DNA from: Kipferlia bialata
Lineage: Eukaryota
NCBI GenBank assembly: GCA_003568945.1
Contig: BDIP01000064.1
Coordinates: 1 to 34,793 of the forward strand
Reading direction: 5' to 3'
DNA: 34,793 nucleotides
The position numbers were made by a program, and so were the translations under genes. Within the stretch, counting starts at the first letter, position 1. Each line of letters starts with the position of its first letter. Below the pieces are notes generated by a model. That model saw only the letters and a program-made list of their open reading frames with translations. It was not told where the DNA came from and did no database searches. This document shows, one piece after another, positions 11,231 to 26,000 of the stretch.

Positions 11231-14200
11231 ATATTCCATCCAACGCAGACAGGATGAGGAGACAGCACAGTCTGATACTGACTATGCGGGTGGGTTTACA
11301 CATATACATTCAAATACTATCATCTATTATTCTTTGGGTATATGCGTATATGGTGATGATACACGGAGCATCCTCAATATCAGTCTTACACCCAGGCCGG
11401 CAGTGAGGTCTCCATGCGTATTCCCATGGCTGTTGTGGCTCTGGCCCCATCGCACGGACAGGGCTACACAGTGGGGGGGAGGTAGGACATTTACATATTA
11501 CGTAGTGATTACCACATCACTGTGTGGTATATGTGTATGTATAATTCATTTTCTTATGTTCAGGGACGAGACCTCCTACTCCAACAGGACCGCTGAGGCC
11601 GCCGGACCTGACCCAGGCCAGCTGGTCAACCACGTGTCTGTCACAACAATCAAGGTGGGTTGTGCATACATATGTTTTTCGTAAACTTTCAATAATAGGT
11701 TCAAGCGTTTTGCGGTTATTGAGATGGAATAGACTTCTTGTTCTTCCTTGTTGTGTCCTGACCCCATAGGCCTCTGGTCTCTCTGTGACCTCTCTAATCA
11801 CTTATCATATCGACATTCACAACAAACATGATAGTATGAATGATCCTCCTTACCCCCCAGGCCTCTGGTCTCTCTGTGACCTCCTCTCTGACCAACCATG
11901 AGTTCATGGTGGCAGAGGACTTTGGGATGTCCTTTAAGTAAGTGGCATACTCTATATACTATACCAGTGCTCAGAATATATATATATGTAATCATATTGG
12001 ATCCTTGATGGTAATATTTAATAGTTATTATTCATGAGCTCGTGGTGGCTGAGGAATTTGGCATGTCGTTCAAGTGAGTACTTCGTATAATTTACCTCTG
12101 GTACTATATATATATATATATGAATATATATATGTTCTTGAAGTTATTGGTAAATATGAGTCCTTCTATTTATCCCTCACCATCAGGATGAAGAGTGGCC
12201 TTGAGGTGGATGGTGCCCAGGAGTGGACAGGGGACATCAACCTAGGGGATACTAGACTGGTGCTCACAGCAGACTACATCGCAGAACTCACAAGGTATGG
12301 ATATATACACACACACACACATATATATATATCCGTTCTCGAAGAATAAGTACCTAGAAGAATTGTAGTAGACTACAATCGCAGAGCTCACTAGGTAAGA
12401 CATATAGATGTATACGTATAGTCTTCTATACACTAAATCAAATATTTATATATACATAAGTATTGATATATAGCAGACTACATCGCAGAGCTCACAAGGT
12501 AAGACATATATTGGTATATCACAAATAGATGACTTATCGTCTTCTTCTCTTGTTTTGCGTTGTACTGTTCCTTTCTCACCCCCAGGCTCTTTGCCGACAT
12601 GGGCTCCCCCGACCCCTTTGAGATCCACAAGGAGGGGGTGTCCCCTATCCTCATGTTTGCACCAAGGTATAAACATCAATACATTCCTCCATTGGTCGAT
12701 TCTCTTGTCATCCAGTAATTTGTCGCAGTTTCTCTATGTATATGTTGTTTCTGCTGTATCTTACCCTAGGATCCAGGAGTACAACATCAATCTGACCAAC
12801 TTTGAGATCATTGTCAACGTCAATGAGAACAACGTGACGGAGAGACTCACCAACGTGTCGAGGTGGGTGATTGTAAGATTTTGATTTGAATGAATACAAG
12901 TGTTATTAGGATTGCCAATTACTGTCATCTACATCCCTATATGTTGTTTCTGCCTGCTTGAGGTGGTAAGATGTTTTCCTCACCTCAGGATGGCCAGTGC
13001 CTGTCCCGGTCTGTTCCCCAGGGCAGTGCCCATCACAGAGGACACTGACCCTAACACTAAGGTGGTGATATTCATAGTATATGCATACAGTAAGGACACA
13101 CTATATGTCTTGTCTTAGAGGACACATACCTACTTGTGACCGACAATCCTTATATATGTCTTGATTGTTCCACTCACCCTTCAGCTTGAGCTTGGCTTAT
13201 TCACAATGTGTACATATACATATCTATATGGTATATATATCACTCTCTCACCCCAGCTTGTGCTGCATGGCCCAGAGTGCCAGGTCAGCATGACCATACC
13301 AAGGTCAGTGGCATGTAGTCACACATATATATAGATATACACCTTCCATCACATATCCCTAAATAATTACTATTCCCTTCTAACCCCAAGGAGTCTAAGT
13401 ATACGGATGTTATTCTTTGATATTTCCCTAACCCCCAGGGAGTTCTACAAGGGCGACGCCCCTGTCTCTGAGACTGGCCACCAGATGGGGTCAGTCCCTG
13501 AGCCAGTCACAGACTTCACAATGGAGGTATATATATGTATATATCACAATGGAGGTATCGGCAGTACTATGGCGCGGAATATTCTAAACATGTGAAATTT
13601 GTTCCCAAATCTGTGTCTCACCCTAGGTTGTGCTCCAGTCTGTCTCCGGTACCCTCTGCTATGGTAGACACGTCGAGGCCACGCAGTACATCCCAAGCAG
13701 GTACTTGGTCATCTATGAAGACACCATGTAACTTCATTACTAAACACCTCTCTATATTGTAATTCCATATGTAACATATCGTCTCACCCCTTAGGGCTGT
13801 CCAGCTGCTGGATGTCCACAGACTCAACATCGGGGGGTCATACCTTACGAAGAGGTATGTGCATACATGGGTATTCCAACTGTATTCTGTGAATCTATTG
13901 TACTATTTTATTATTGTATTATATGTTAGGCATATCATCCTTACCCCCAGCAAGGACTGGGCCGGTCCCAAGCCAGAGAACAACGTGTTCTCCCTTGACA
14001 TTGCATGCTTCAAGCCAACTGTCTCTGTGTCAGGTATCAACATTGGATCTAGACTGTTGTCAATAGAGTGTCTAACTCTTCGCTGAATGGAGTTGGACAT
14101 TCCCTCTTCTCAACCCTAGGATATGCCATTATGTACTACTGGAGACTGGTCGACAACCTGTTTGGATCCACCAAGCTCTTGATGAGTCCACAGGTGTGTA

Positions 14201-16130
14201 TTGCAGTATATACTATGATTCCTTGCAGACATGAGTGTGGCGTATTGTGATAATTGTTTGTACCCAATTCCTCACCTCCAGGAGTATATGCTCCTCAACT
14301 GTGTCAACGACAGAGCTGCTGCATACGAGACAAAGGTAAACCCAAACACTCTAATGTCTCCACCATATTTCTACCTGCATATTCCAAAGATTCAACTCAC
14401 TATTCAATGACTTTACCCCTCCTATACGCATGATTACCCACGTTATCTTATTGTTTGTTCTCCTTCATTCCACTGACCAATAGGCCAAGCAGGGCACCTG
14501 TGATACTGACAACCTCGGGTTCCAGATGGAGCTGACTGTGAGGGCCCATGACCTGCTGGGTCTGTTCCCGGTGGTGCAGCTGCACTCAGTCACAGATAGG
14601 TTAGCATGTATATCGATCAATACTATAATAATAGGTAAATATTGCCTCTTGTGCAGCTGCACTCAGTCACGGATAGGTATATTAGCATAATGATTTCATA
14701 CATTACTCTCCATTAGAATATTATTGATATGATACATGATGGGTCTGTTCCCAGTGGTGCAGCTGCNNNNNNNTATTATTGATATGATACATGATGGGTC
14801 TGTTCCCAGTGGTGCAGCTGCACTCAGTTACAGATAGGTATATTAGCATTATTATATCATATATTACTCTCAATTAGAATAATATTGATATATTTGCATA
14901 TTCGTGCCTCACCCCAGGTCCAATCTGTTTGGCATCAGGGCCACCAATGCCAAGTGTGACCTGAGTATGAGACCGGAGTGCATGGACTTGATAGTCAGCT
15001 CTAACCACATCAGGTAACTCATATGTTTGTAGTATCCTATCCTCCTCTGCTTGTAGTTTGTTGAGACCCTTTTGATCCCTAATGTGTTAATGTTTTCTTC
15101 TCACCCCTCAGAGTGCACTCCTCCCTTGATGAGACCCTCCTTGAGTCCTCCTGTGGCAGCATCTCCTTCCTCAACTACCAGTTCCTGACAATGCGGAATG
15201 GCCCAATCAACCATAGGTATGTCAAGGAATCAAAGCATCATCAATGGTAGAACCAACATATTATACATCAATCGAAATGTTTAGTAACCCTATTGGTATC
15301 TCACCCTAGGGTAAAGCACGATGCTTGCCTGGGTACCGTCAAGCTGGACTTCACAGGGAGACAGCTCGGTGCACTGGCCAAGGGTGAGACTTAGCTAGTC
15401 ATATATCATTTAGATACTATTCTGTGACTTCGGGTCCTGCCCTGACTGCCCTCCACTAGCTATCTATTGATACATTAGGATACTGCATGTTTCATTCATT
15501 TACTCACAGGCATCTCCCATCTGATCTCCTCCATGAACCACCCACCCTTCGATGTCCCCCACCATGGGGCAGACAGTGACAGCTACGCAGCCATTCTGTT
15601 TGGAGCAGCTGAGGTATATACACCCGAGATGAATAGTCTCTAATCTTATCAACTCTACATCTGGTATACATTTCATTGTGGAATACATACGATCCTTCTG
15701 ACCCCCAGGCCGTGTCCACCTATGTCTCTAAGGAGGCAGCCAAGGCAGCAGCCAGGGGTGGAAAGGATGGGAACACGGCAGAGGGAGAGGGAGAGGGAGA
15801 GGGAGAGGGAGAGGGAGAGGGAGATGTGCATGTCGATGTGGAACTCCATCCTGAGGAGGACTCAGTGCTGGCAGCATCAGAGCCAGAGCCCCCTAGGTAT
15901 ATTCTAACTCTCACATTAGATGTTCTTATTTGTTATGTTCTCACTCCCAGGCCATTTGTGTCCCTGTACTTCAGATCTGGCCCCGTTTCATGTACGTTCC
16001 TGACCAGCCAACAGCTGCAGGGGTCCATTGCGACACAGCTCGCCATCACGACAGGTATCATGTCCAGTCACTCCTGATATACTCTACACGCATCTCTCTC
16101 TCAATCTCTCTCATACTCAATCTGTATATA

Positions 16131-16162
<32 letters not shown>

Positions 16163-19100
16163 ATCCCTCTCTCTTTTACATCCAGGCTCCCATATGTTTG
16201 TACTCCACATTACATATATATATATATCTAACCCTAAGGCCCCCACCTGTCTGTCCATGCCAGACGAGGCATCAGTCTCCTGGCAGATAACGTGGTCAGG
16301 CCTAGAGAGGTGAGAGGATCTGTCACCTGTCATCATATTTCTGTGCAACAGCGTCCTAGACATGTGTGTATGTATATGTATATGTGTGTACATTCTCACT
16401 CCCAGGGCACTGCATCCCAGCTGAAGGGAGAGGTCCCAGTTGTTGAGGTGCTTGTCCTGGAGCCCGGTGAGAGGATGGGGGTCTTTGCCAGGTATCATAG
16501 TGTCGATATCATTGTGTATGTATATGTACTGTTTATGAACATGTACTATATATGTGTGTATGTGTATTTGTTAATCCCCTCACCCCTTAGGGAGACTGCC
16601 CGTGTCAAGACCTCCATCTCCCTATCCATGACCAGTACCCTAGGGAGGAAGGCCCTCCTCGCCATGTACAAGGTACTACTGATATACATATATGTATTCA
16701 TACATATATCCAAATATCGAAGAATGTATATTCATCGTTTACATTGAGTGTATTTTGTACTCTTCTTCCTGACCCCCAGGAGCAGCGTGACCTTCTGACA
16801 GCCAATAGTGGACCCCTCCCATGGGAGTACACAGTGCCTAGGTGATATATATAGACATATATATTTATATATATAAATTTCGTTAGTGTTTCGTACTTGT
16901 TTCACTTTGTGTATGTGAATGTTTGTGACGACATTGTATCATTTGCCCTCTGACCACCAGGATAGAGGTTAACGCTACCGGCTCTCAGTCTGAGATTGAC
17001 CCTGCTCTGCTGAGGTGAGTTGCCCCCCTCCCCCTATCACGCCCATTGCATCGTCTATCATCAGTGGACTATGGATTTTTCCACTACATCAGTGTAGTAC
17101 TCACAACCAGGTCCCCCTCCTTCTCTAGCATGATGTCGCAGAGTGACACGGAGGACAGCGTCAGGATGCTGCAGTACAAGAGGTACATATACACACACAT
17201 ACAGTATCGTGTAGATTGTGTAATCGCGTGGGGTAACCCCAGGGGCTCCAGTGAGGGCCGTGCTGTGTCTAGCCATGACGACTGGTCCACCAGTGGAGAT
17301 GAACCCATGAGACCGCACTTGATCGGACAGAGGTATACACTGAACACGTATTGAGAATATCTCCCAGGGGTTTGTAAGAGAGAGTCTATTACTCTAATTA
17401 TTAGAATATTCAGTCCCGTGTTCTTATATACCAGGTCTCTATGTATATCTAGAGGTATATTGATCTTACACACCAGGTCTGAGACTGAGGACATGGCCTC
17501 TCCCATTGGCACTTTGAATGTGTCACCCTCATTCAGATCCCACATGGGGTCTCTAGAAGTCCCGCCACCTCCAAACATGTCTCACAGGTGATATCTCATA
17601 CATTCATCTACATAGCCACTTGATCCTATATAATATGTGTATGTCTATACTACTACTATACAATGATCTTACTCACTCCAGCCGTGGCAGGAGTGGCCGC
17701 AGCAGCCGCAGCTCCCGCACCCCAGCCTCCTCTACCATGGACGACGCATACGATGGAGATGAGTTTGTGACGGCATCTGACCTATCATCTATGGGACACT
17801 CGGCAGGTCAGTATGTGTTAGTATCATAGCATGTCGATTACTAGTACTTACGCTCGTACGCCTATGCTGATACCCAGACAGTGCTGACGAGTCTGTTATG
17901 AACATGCCCGTGTCTGGTCAGGGTCTGGCCACCAGTGGACTGCCTCTCTGGATGAACATGGCTAGGTATTATTAATATCTTGAATACCAATTATCATCGG
18001 TCCTATATCAGTACATACATTATCTCCAACCCCCTCAGGATGTGTGCCTCATTCAATATCACCTGTATCAGTATCATTATATGTATATATATGATACCAC
18101 ATATACTATACTATCTCTAACCCCCTCAGGATGGGTGCCGATCTCCCCTTTGACGCCCATGACATGGAGGGGGAGGCAGACGTGGCAGACAGGACGCCAA
18201 GGTATGCTGGCCAGACACCCACTCTTCTTCAATTTCCGTTGTATTTTTGTAGAAATGGTTTTAGTATTAATTAAATTTTCACTTTCAAGTACTATAATTC
18301 AAATTCCTTTGACCTTTAACCCTCCAGGGCCGGTGACAGGCGCAGCAGTGGAGTCGGCATCAGGGAGAGAGAGAGGGACGGCCGGGTGGCTGAGTCTGAT
18401 ATTGCATTCCTGAGACCTGTCTGCTATGCAGTCGGGGCCACAATGTATCTGCTCAACCAGGTAACTCACTTCAGTATATAACATCAGTGCAATAGTGTTA
18501 TAAGAATGATTGTGATATTTCGTAATATGACTCTTGGCTCTCTCACTTCTAGGACAAGTACCCCCTCACCGAGGTGTTCCCAGACATCAAGGAAGAGGAC
18601 CTCGAGGAGGGTGAGGGGGAGGCAGAGGAGAGGCGCATTGTCAAGATTGACTTCCCAAAGCTCATCAGCCTCGACTTTGTACCTGCAGCAGTGTCAGATA
18701 TCGTGGCAATTCTCTCAGGTTAGCGATGTTCTAACCAACCATCCGTTCATACCATTTGTGTCTTTCTGACCATCACCCCTAAAGATGTCCAAGCATTTAT
18801 CCCTGTTGTATCTATTTAACCCTCACCCCTAGAGATGCTCCACGCTGCTCCATCCTCCCTTGAGATGTGCTACGAGATCATCAAGAGTAGCTACCACAGG
18901 TACTTACCGTGTATACTGATATTCCATATTAGAGTGTTTCAAATACATATCAATTGGGTTACTATTCTCTTCTCACCACTAGAACCGATGCCAAGAAGAG
19001 CATAGACCGCAGGGTATCTAGCCTCAGAGCAGCAGAGAGAGCTGCGAGGGCTCTGGTTAGGTTCGTGTTCACTCATAAATGGTACTCGTGTACAACCTTA

Positions 19101-20037
19101 CTACTTGATACTGATACCCATACATATATTAATATCCCCAACACCAGATACCGTGGCGCTACTGTGGACGCTGAGTCTATGGACACACTCAGAAAGATCA
19201 AGGAGTCTAAGGTGATTATTATGGTATTTCTATATATGTATGAAGTTAATATATATATATATTGACATCCTATCCAACCTCCAGATGTGTCTGTCTGTCA
19301 CTCTGGTCGGTGCTGTCCTCTCTGCCCACTCAGAGCACTACAACTCTGGTGGTCTATCTTCTTGTGACTCTGGTTCACAGGCTAGACCTGCCCATTCTGA
19401 GCCCCCTCTCTTCTCAGTCTATCTGGCAAGGGTATCTGCCACCCTCAACATGGCCACCAAGCACAGAAGCACAAAGTGAGCGCCTATAGCATTCATTTAC
19501 TACACACATACTCATCGCGTAGTTACTTACTTACCTCCAGGTACACTGTGCTGCGTAACTTTGCAGTCTCCGACCCCCGTCTTGGTCTGCCCTCCCTACC
19601 CAAGCTGGAGAGCGAGACATACCAGATCGGGGTGGACCTCTCAGGTCAGTGGTTACATATATGTACATATATGTATGTATATACATGTGTGTGTGTTCAC
19701 AGTCATGCTGGTTTTCTCCCTTGTTTTTAGACGGTATTCTCTAACCCCCAGTTGGGCACCTTATCGTGTCCACCCCTGTGTATGAGTCCCTGACTGGATG
19801 TGTGGCACTCCCGGTGGAGTTCATCGGAGAGCGTGTTCTCTGCTACCCTGACAGACTGCCCCAGGTACATTCTTACACGATACTATATAAGAGTGTAAAG
19901 AGCCATACTTACCGCCAGGCCCCATCCGTGGTTGGCGCCATATCCGACGCATCTCTCTCCTATGCCTATAACAAGGGCGAGGAGGGTGGGACAGAGCTCC
20001 AGCACAGTGGTCTTCTCACTGCCAACCGGTGCGAACA

Positions 20038-20070
<33 letters not shown>

Positions 20071-23000
20071 CGTGTAGCTGCATTAAGTGTGAGTGGATAT
20101 GTTCTTACTGTAGGGTGTTTGGCGCCATGGGTAGCCGTGGTCTCTTCACTGTCCTGCGTGCCAGTCGGAAGCTAGCCACAGAGATTGACACTGCTGTCAA
20201 GATGGTGCAGGTGAGGATTGGTTTCAATATACATCATTGTCATTGTATGGTGCAGGTGAGGATTCCCAAGATATGCACCATTGAGTGCTATTGTATTTAC
20301 TTTGTATTAGTTGTGGTTTCTTGAGAATTGTTCTTTGACCCCCAGGGCGCCCAGGCTCTGCGCTCCTGCTACGTGGACGCCTTTGAGTACGTGCTGACAT
20401 TCAGCCATGACAGGCGGATATCAATGGCAATGACGCAGAGAAACAGGTTCGAATACCTTCTTATTCCTTCTCATCCTGGATGTGTTTCTACTATTCTAAT
20501 TCTCAGGCCTGTTCAGCTTAGCAGAGTGCTTCAGAACATGTACTCGGCACCCTCTAGAGTCAAGAGAGAGGACTTCTCGAGGTGAGTTCGGAAAATTACA
20601 TGTTGATGATCACATCTTTGATGGCGCATCTCTCTTCTTGTATATATTCGGATAATAGTGTTCTGAATACTCTCTCATTCTAGGGTTGTCAAGCATGCCC
20701 AGAGGCTGTACTCCCAGAGAGAGGAGCTGGGGAGGTCGAGGTCCCGGAGTGAGGTACGTATACATATACCTCAATGATGGATATTAGTCCTATTTGATTG
20801 CATTGTGTGATGACTTTACCCTCAGGCTGACACTTGCATCGGGTCCTACATTGATGAGAACCAGGCAACCGTGGGAAACAGCCTCAACCTGAACCTGTTC
20901 ATTGACAGGTAACTGATATGGGTATCCTATTGCCTCTTAGAATTTACATCTCTGTTCTGACCACAGTACTCTTCGTATCCTTGGACGTGACGCCGAGACA
21001 GACAATGTGTTTGCCGAGGCCATTCCGGCCACTATCAAGTACCCGTCCAAGGTAATGTGCCACCATTATTATATATCTCCCTTATCCAGTATTCATGTCA
21101 CTCTGGGATCTTGCAGCCAATATCCCTTACCAACAGGCGTGCTCCGCTCTGAGTGCCGCTCTGGCCAATGGCCGTGTACGCTTCTCCCTGTCCACCACCC
21201 AGCTGGAGCTGTACATGATGAGCACATACCAGGTTGGATTTCAATATAGTCTCTATCTCCATTTATAAAATCTAGTACTCATTTCAATTGGTATTGTGTG
21301 TGTCCTCATACCAGGCTGAGTTGGATGGCCGTGAGACCACCATTCCCCTGTGCATGGTGTCCATGAACAGGTACAGATAATGAGAGGAGAACACATGTGG
21401 ATTACATATGTACTGATAATGAAGTATATACTCTTGATACTTGCCCCCTGTTCATGGTATCCATGAACATGATGTAGATAACCAAGACCTACTATTTTTG
21501 CATACAGGTATGTACTTTACTTTATGCCGATATGTATTGACATCTATTCTCACCCCTAGACCCTTTGTGCATGTCCAGGGCCACATACCAGATGCCTCTG
21601 CAGACACTAGTGCAGAGGCAGAGGCTGAAGCGGAGGGAGATGAGGGAGTGTCTCCCACTGAGGCTGACAATCCACCTGACTCCATGCCACCTGCCACACC
21701 CCTCAAGGTACATATACCCACTCTACACGATAGTAAATTCTTCCCGGTTGTGTCTGGTTGCCTTTATACCAGGTTCAGTATGGGACTGAGCCCAACTCAG
21801 AGGAGAGGCACCCCTGGGATAGTCCTGATGCACAGAGGGTGTCAGAGCCACTGCCCCTTGACAGATACCCAGTTGTCACTCTTGTGGCACAGGTAGGATC
21901 AGACATAGTTATCTGTACGAGTATTTTGCATAGTATCCACTCTCTAATACCCTCAGGTGTCCGACCCTCTATTTGTCTTCAGCGCTCATGCCATACCTGA
22001 GCTGGCCCAGATCACCAACGACCTCTCTGCGGCTGAGAAGATACTGGGTGGCCATGGTGATTCCTCGCCCTCTCTGGATGGTGTCCCCTCCCCCATGTCC
22101 CCTGCACCCCTCGGAGGCCTCACAGACACAGGCACCATGGACCGCATGCACAGAGAGGACAGTGACATCGACCTCGACCCACCCACACCCTCACCCACAC
22201 AGGGGCAGCACATACCCACACCCCCTCTCTCCCTTACACTATGGGACGCCATGGGTGGGATAGAGGGCATCAACGCATCTGTATGTCTCCGTACACACGA
22301 CCTTGTGTTCTCAGTGCCCTCCAACGGGGCCAGTGTGGTTGGTACCCTTGCCAGCTCCAGTATCCTGGTATCCCAGGACTACTCGAAGGTATAGAGAGTA
22401 GATATGTATCCTGATTGTGGATATCATTATTCCAGTGACCTCGTTCTAACGTCCAGGTGTCTGCACCTGCCTCGAAGCCATCCACTGTTAGAGAGGCCGC
22501 TAGCCCTCGGCCCTCTGTCTCTAAGAGAGAGGGAGAGAGAGGCAGTGAGCGTGGCAGAGACATAGCTGTCCGTATGTCTAGCAGCATCCGTATCACACCT
22601 GCTGAGCCCAGTCTCTCATCTGACCAGGACTCAGTGCATACGGAGGAGGTTGATATGGAGGGGGACGTTAGCAGCGACACACACACTCCGTCACAGGTGA
22701 GTGTATGTGTAAATCCATTCATATATGTACATTCTTTGTGAATATGTCAGTAATTATCCATTGAAGACAAGGCCTAGAGCTGACCTTCTAGGAGCCAAGT
22801 CGTGACTCTAGTGATCTACACGACGAGTCCAACCCCTCCCACTGTGCCTACACCCCACCCACGCGCAACCCCCTCGCCCCCATCAGAAACGTTGCAGCTG
22901 TGGTCGTTGGGGCCAGCATGTGTCTGATCGATGTCCCTAATGCCACAGCCAATGACGTCATTGAGAGCAGAGAGTGGGTCAGGCTCGACACGAAGCTGGA

Positions 23001-26000
23001 GAGGTACACTGTAGTATCTACTTGTGTCCTTCTCCTCTTTTCAATGAGTGTATTCTTTTCTGACCCCCAGGATGACCTTCTCCGTTGGTCTTGTTCCCAC
23101 TCTTGACAGTGGAAGTGTCCGCTATGTACCTGGTCCAATGTCACCAGGTAGCACACAGTACACAGTGGATACAATATTGATAGTTCTTTTTGTGCTACTT
23201 CCTGTCTCACCCCCAGCTGTCCTATCCCCCAGCACTGTCCCTGTTGTCCCCCCTCCACCTGTGGCTGGGATACCACCCCACACCACAGCAGTGCTCGCAC
23301 TGTCAGGTATAGGCATTGTCATTTAACTATAATCAGATCACCTCATATTGTGATAAGCCACCTTATCAGTACTGGAAAGTACTTCTCTAGTCTCATAACC
23401 AGGCCTGCACGCCAGGGTGACTGAGATCTTCGAGGGCGTCCACCTTATTCAGGAGCTGATCGGTCTCTTCACAGCTGGACTCAAGCCCAAGACTGAACCC
23501 ACGTACGTATTGTAGTATGCCGCTACACCAAACAACTATATGCGCTATTTCTCACACCAGCCGCCGGAGCATTGCAAGAGAGAACACCCTGGCTTCCCTG
23601 ACCCCTCCCCCGAAGCCATCTGATGGTCTCTTCTCTCTGTTGGGGTCACCCACCAAGCTAGTAGTCACACTGGAGGTGAGTATATTCAGTGTTCTATTTT
23701 CATACTTTTGTCTCTAGTATTCATTAACAACGGTGTCTCTAAAGGGTTGTTTTCTTACATTAGGACATGGGCGTAGAGATTGAGTTCCGTGACATCATTG
23801 AACTGGCACTCACTGCTCCAAAGCTATCAGGTATGTATAGCCAACTCATACCGTTTTGTCTTGAATGCATCCCTGTAACATTTCTCTTGGTCTCTGTACA
23901 ATCTACTTGTGATTATTCATCTTACTTGGGTATCCGTATACTGCACTATCTCACCCCAGGCCTCATGGTTGTGCCTGGTGTGTGTGGGGATGAGACTGGA
24001 CCCACAGACGACAGGGGCACACTCAGACAGGTGGGTTATATACACAGACATATATATATTGATAATGGGGTATATATGGAGACGACAGGGGCACACTCAG
24101 ACAGGTTGGTTACATATATATTGATATATCCAAGTGTATTCATTGCACGAATACTTTAGGAAGTAGTATTGCGCAAGCTACGATATTTGAATACTAAATT
24201 ATTTCTCTTCCGAGTCTCACTATTCAGGCCCAGTTCCTGGCCAGGATGGACGGGGTTGCATTCACCGGTGCATCAGACATATTCAAGCAGCAGGTATGTG
24301 TTGTCAAGAGCTATATTTCACCCTCCTCCTCCTATCCTCCTCCTATATATATCTGAGCAAACCTCATGACAGCTGGTATATTTGCGGCTGACTGTCTCTT
24401 TCACTTACCCTTAGGACACCAAGGCCGACCGAGGACAGGCTGGTATCAGACTGCCTGCAGTGTATGTGTCCAGTACCGTGTCAGTATGGGAGGTGGGTAC
24501 ATATATTTAACACGGATATGTATCATATCCTGTGAGATATTCTTTACTCTCAGGCTCAATCGACCCCTGTCTGTGAGCTCTCTGTGGCCCTAGATGAGAT
24601 GTACGCTGAGGTGTCACTAGATGCCATATCCAAGTTACAGGAGGTGCAGGTCTCACAGGCCATGTACATGCAGAACAAGGTAAATGTACACTCCAAGTGT
24701 CGTGGAGTTTGTACTCTGACAGTGTCCGCTCACCCCTCTATGTAATTGACCCAATGCTCCAAGTCAGTAGTTATGAGTATATGATAGTAGAGGTTGTAGA
24801 TTATGTGTGTAGACATGCTAAGCTCTTCTCTCACCCCTCAAGGTCATTGGCCCCATGCTCCAGATGCTGGAGCAGAGACCAACCACTCCAAACACAAAGT
24901 GAGTATAAAGTGATACTCAACGCATAACCATGTCTCGGTTGTAGGCATCTGATGTCAAGACCTATACACCCATATATGTAGGAAGTGATATATAGCTCAC
25001 TATATCTCTGTGGTTTACTTCTCTTCTAGTCCGCTGTGCGTCTGGCGTCAAGTGTCAGTGTCAATATATTACTGAATACTAACCCCCTAGGCTGTATGCG
25101 TCTGGTGTCAAGCCAGATGCCCCTGCCCCTGGGGACGTAGTCAAGGGTGTCTCCCTCCTATACGATGTGCATGTACTGGTACCTAGTGCCATTGTCCACA
25201 TCCTGAGTCCAGAGGCAGACATTGTACTCTCCACAGGTTAGTGCAATCTTGCCTATCTTCATCACAATTTCATCTCTATTTGAGGTAATATTTCTTTGGA
25301 TATTACCTGAATATATTCATCTCACTGTCAGGAAGTGTTGAGTCTGAGGTGTCCAACCTGCCTCCCCAGCTACAGGGCAGGCGGGACTCCCTGGCTGGTC
25401 TCCCCCTGCTGGACACGGAGGTACTCATATATATACATTGGTACATATTTCAAGAGTCAATACCGAATATTACTGGTACAGTGTCATTTCTATTGTCTCA
25501 GAATAGTAATTTATATTATGGGGATTAGTAGTTCATTATTCATCCAATGCTCACCGTCAGGCGCCCCTGTCGTTCAGAGTCAACCTCGACCAGACACGCA
25601 TAGGTACATTTTCATATTGAGTCATAGATACATATTAGTTAGTAATATGTGATTGTGGTATGAATAGTAGTTCTATGTACAGTGAGTTACCTCACCCCAG
25701 GCATCTTCAAGCATGCTGACGGCGTCACTGTGTCTGAGGTTGTGAAGAGGCTGTTCAACTCATCCAACACCGTACAGACATACCAGACGGGTCAGGGAGA
25801 GATTGTCTCACAGCAGTGCGAGGGCTTCATCATCAGGTATCATACTAGTTATGCATACACATACACCATATATGGTACTGACTCTCCTCTCAGCAGTGTC
25901 TCACTCCAGGTCGGACCAGGCCTGGCGCTCCAAGTGCTCATTCTACAGCACGCTGTCATTCTCAGTGTCAAACAGGTGTGTAGAGTGACGTATGCATAGT

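Noticed and set aside
10958..11289. Half-exon copies as classical mutually exclusive exons
   Set aside because: Each copy has only one splice site and only part of the exon, so it cannot replace the exon by normal splicing.
14719..14821. Exact 48-bp duplication on either side of a 7-N gap
   Set aside because: Typical unmerged contig overlap; counted as one copy.
25894..25909. Alternative acceptor at 25893
   Set aside because: Shifts frame and gives a stop in the next exon; the ctcactccag acceptor at 25909 keeps the frame.
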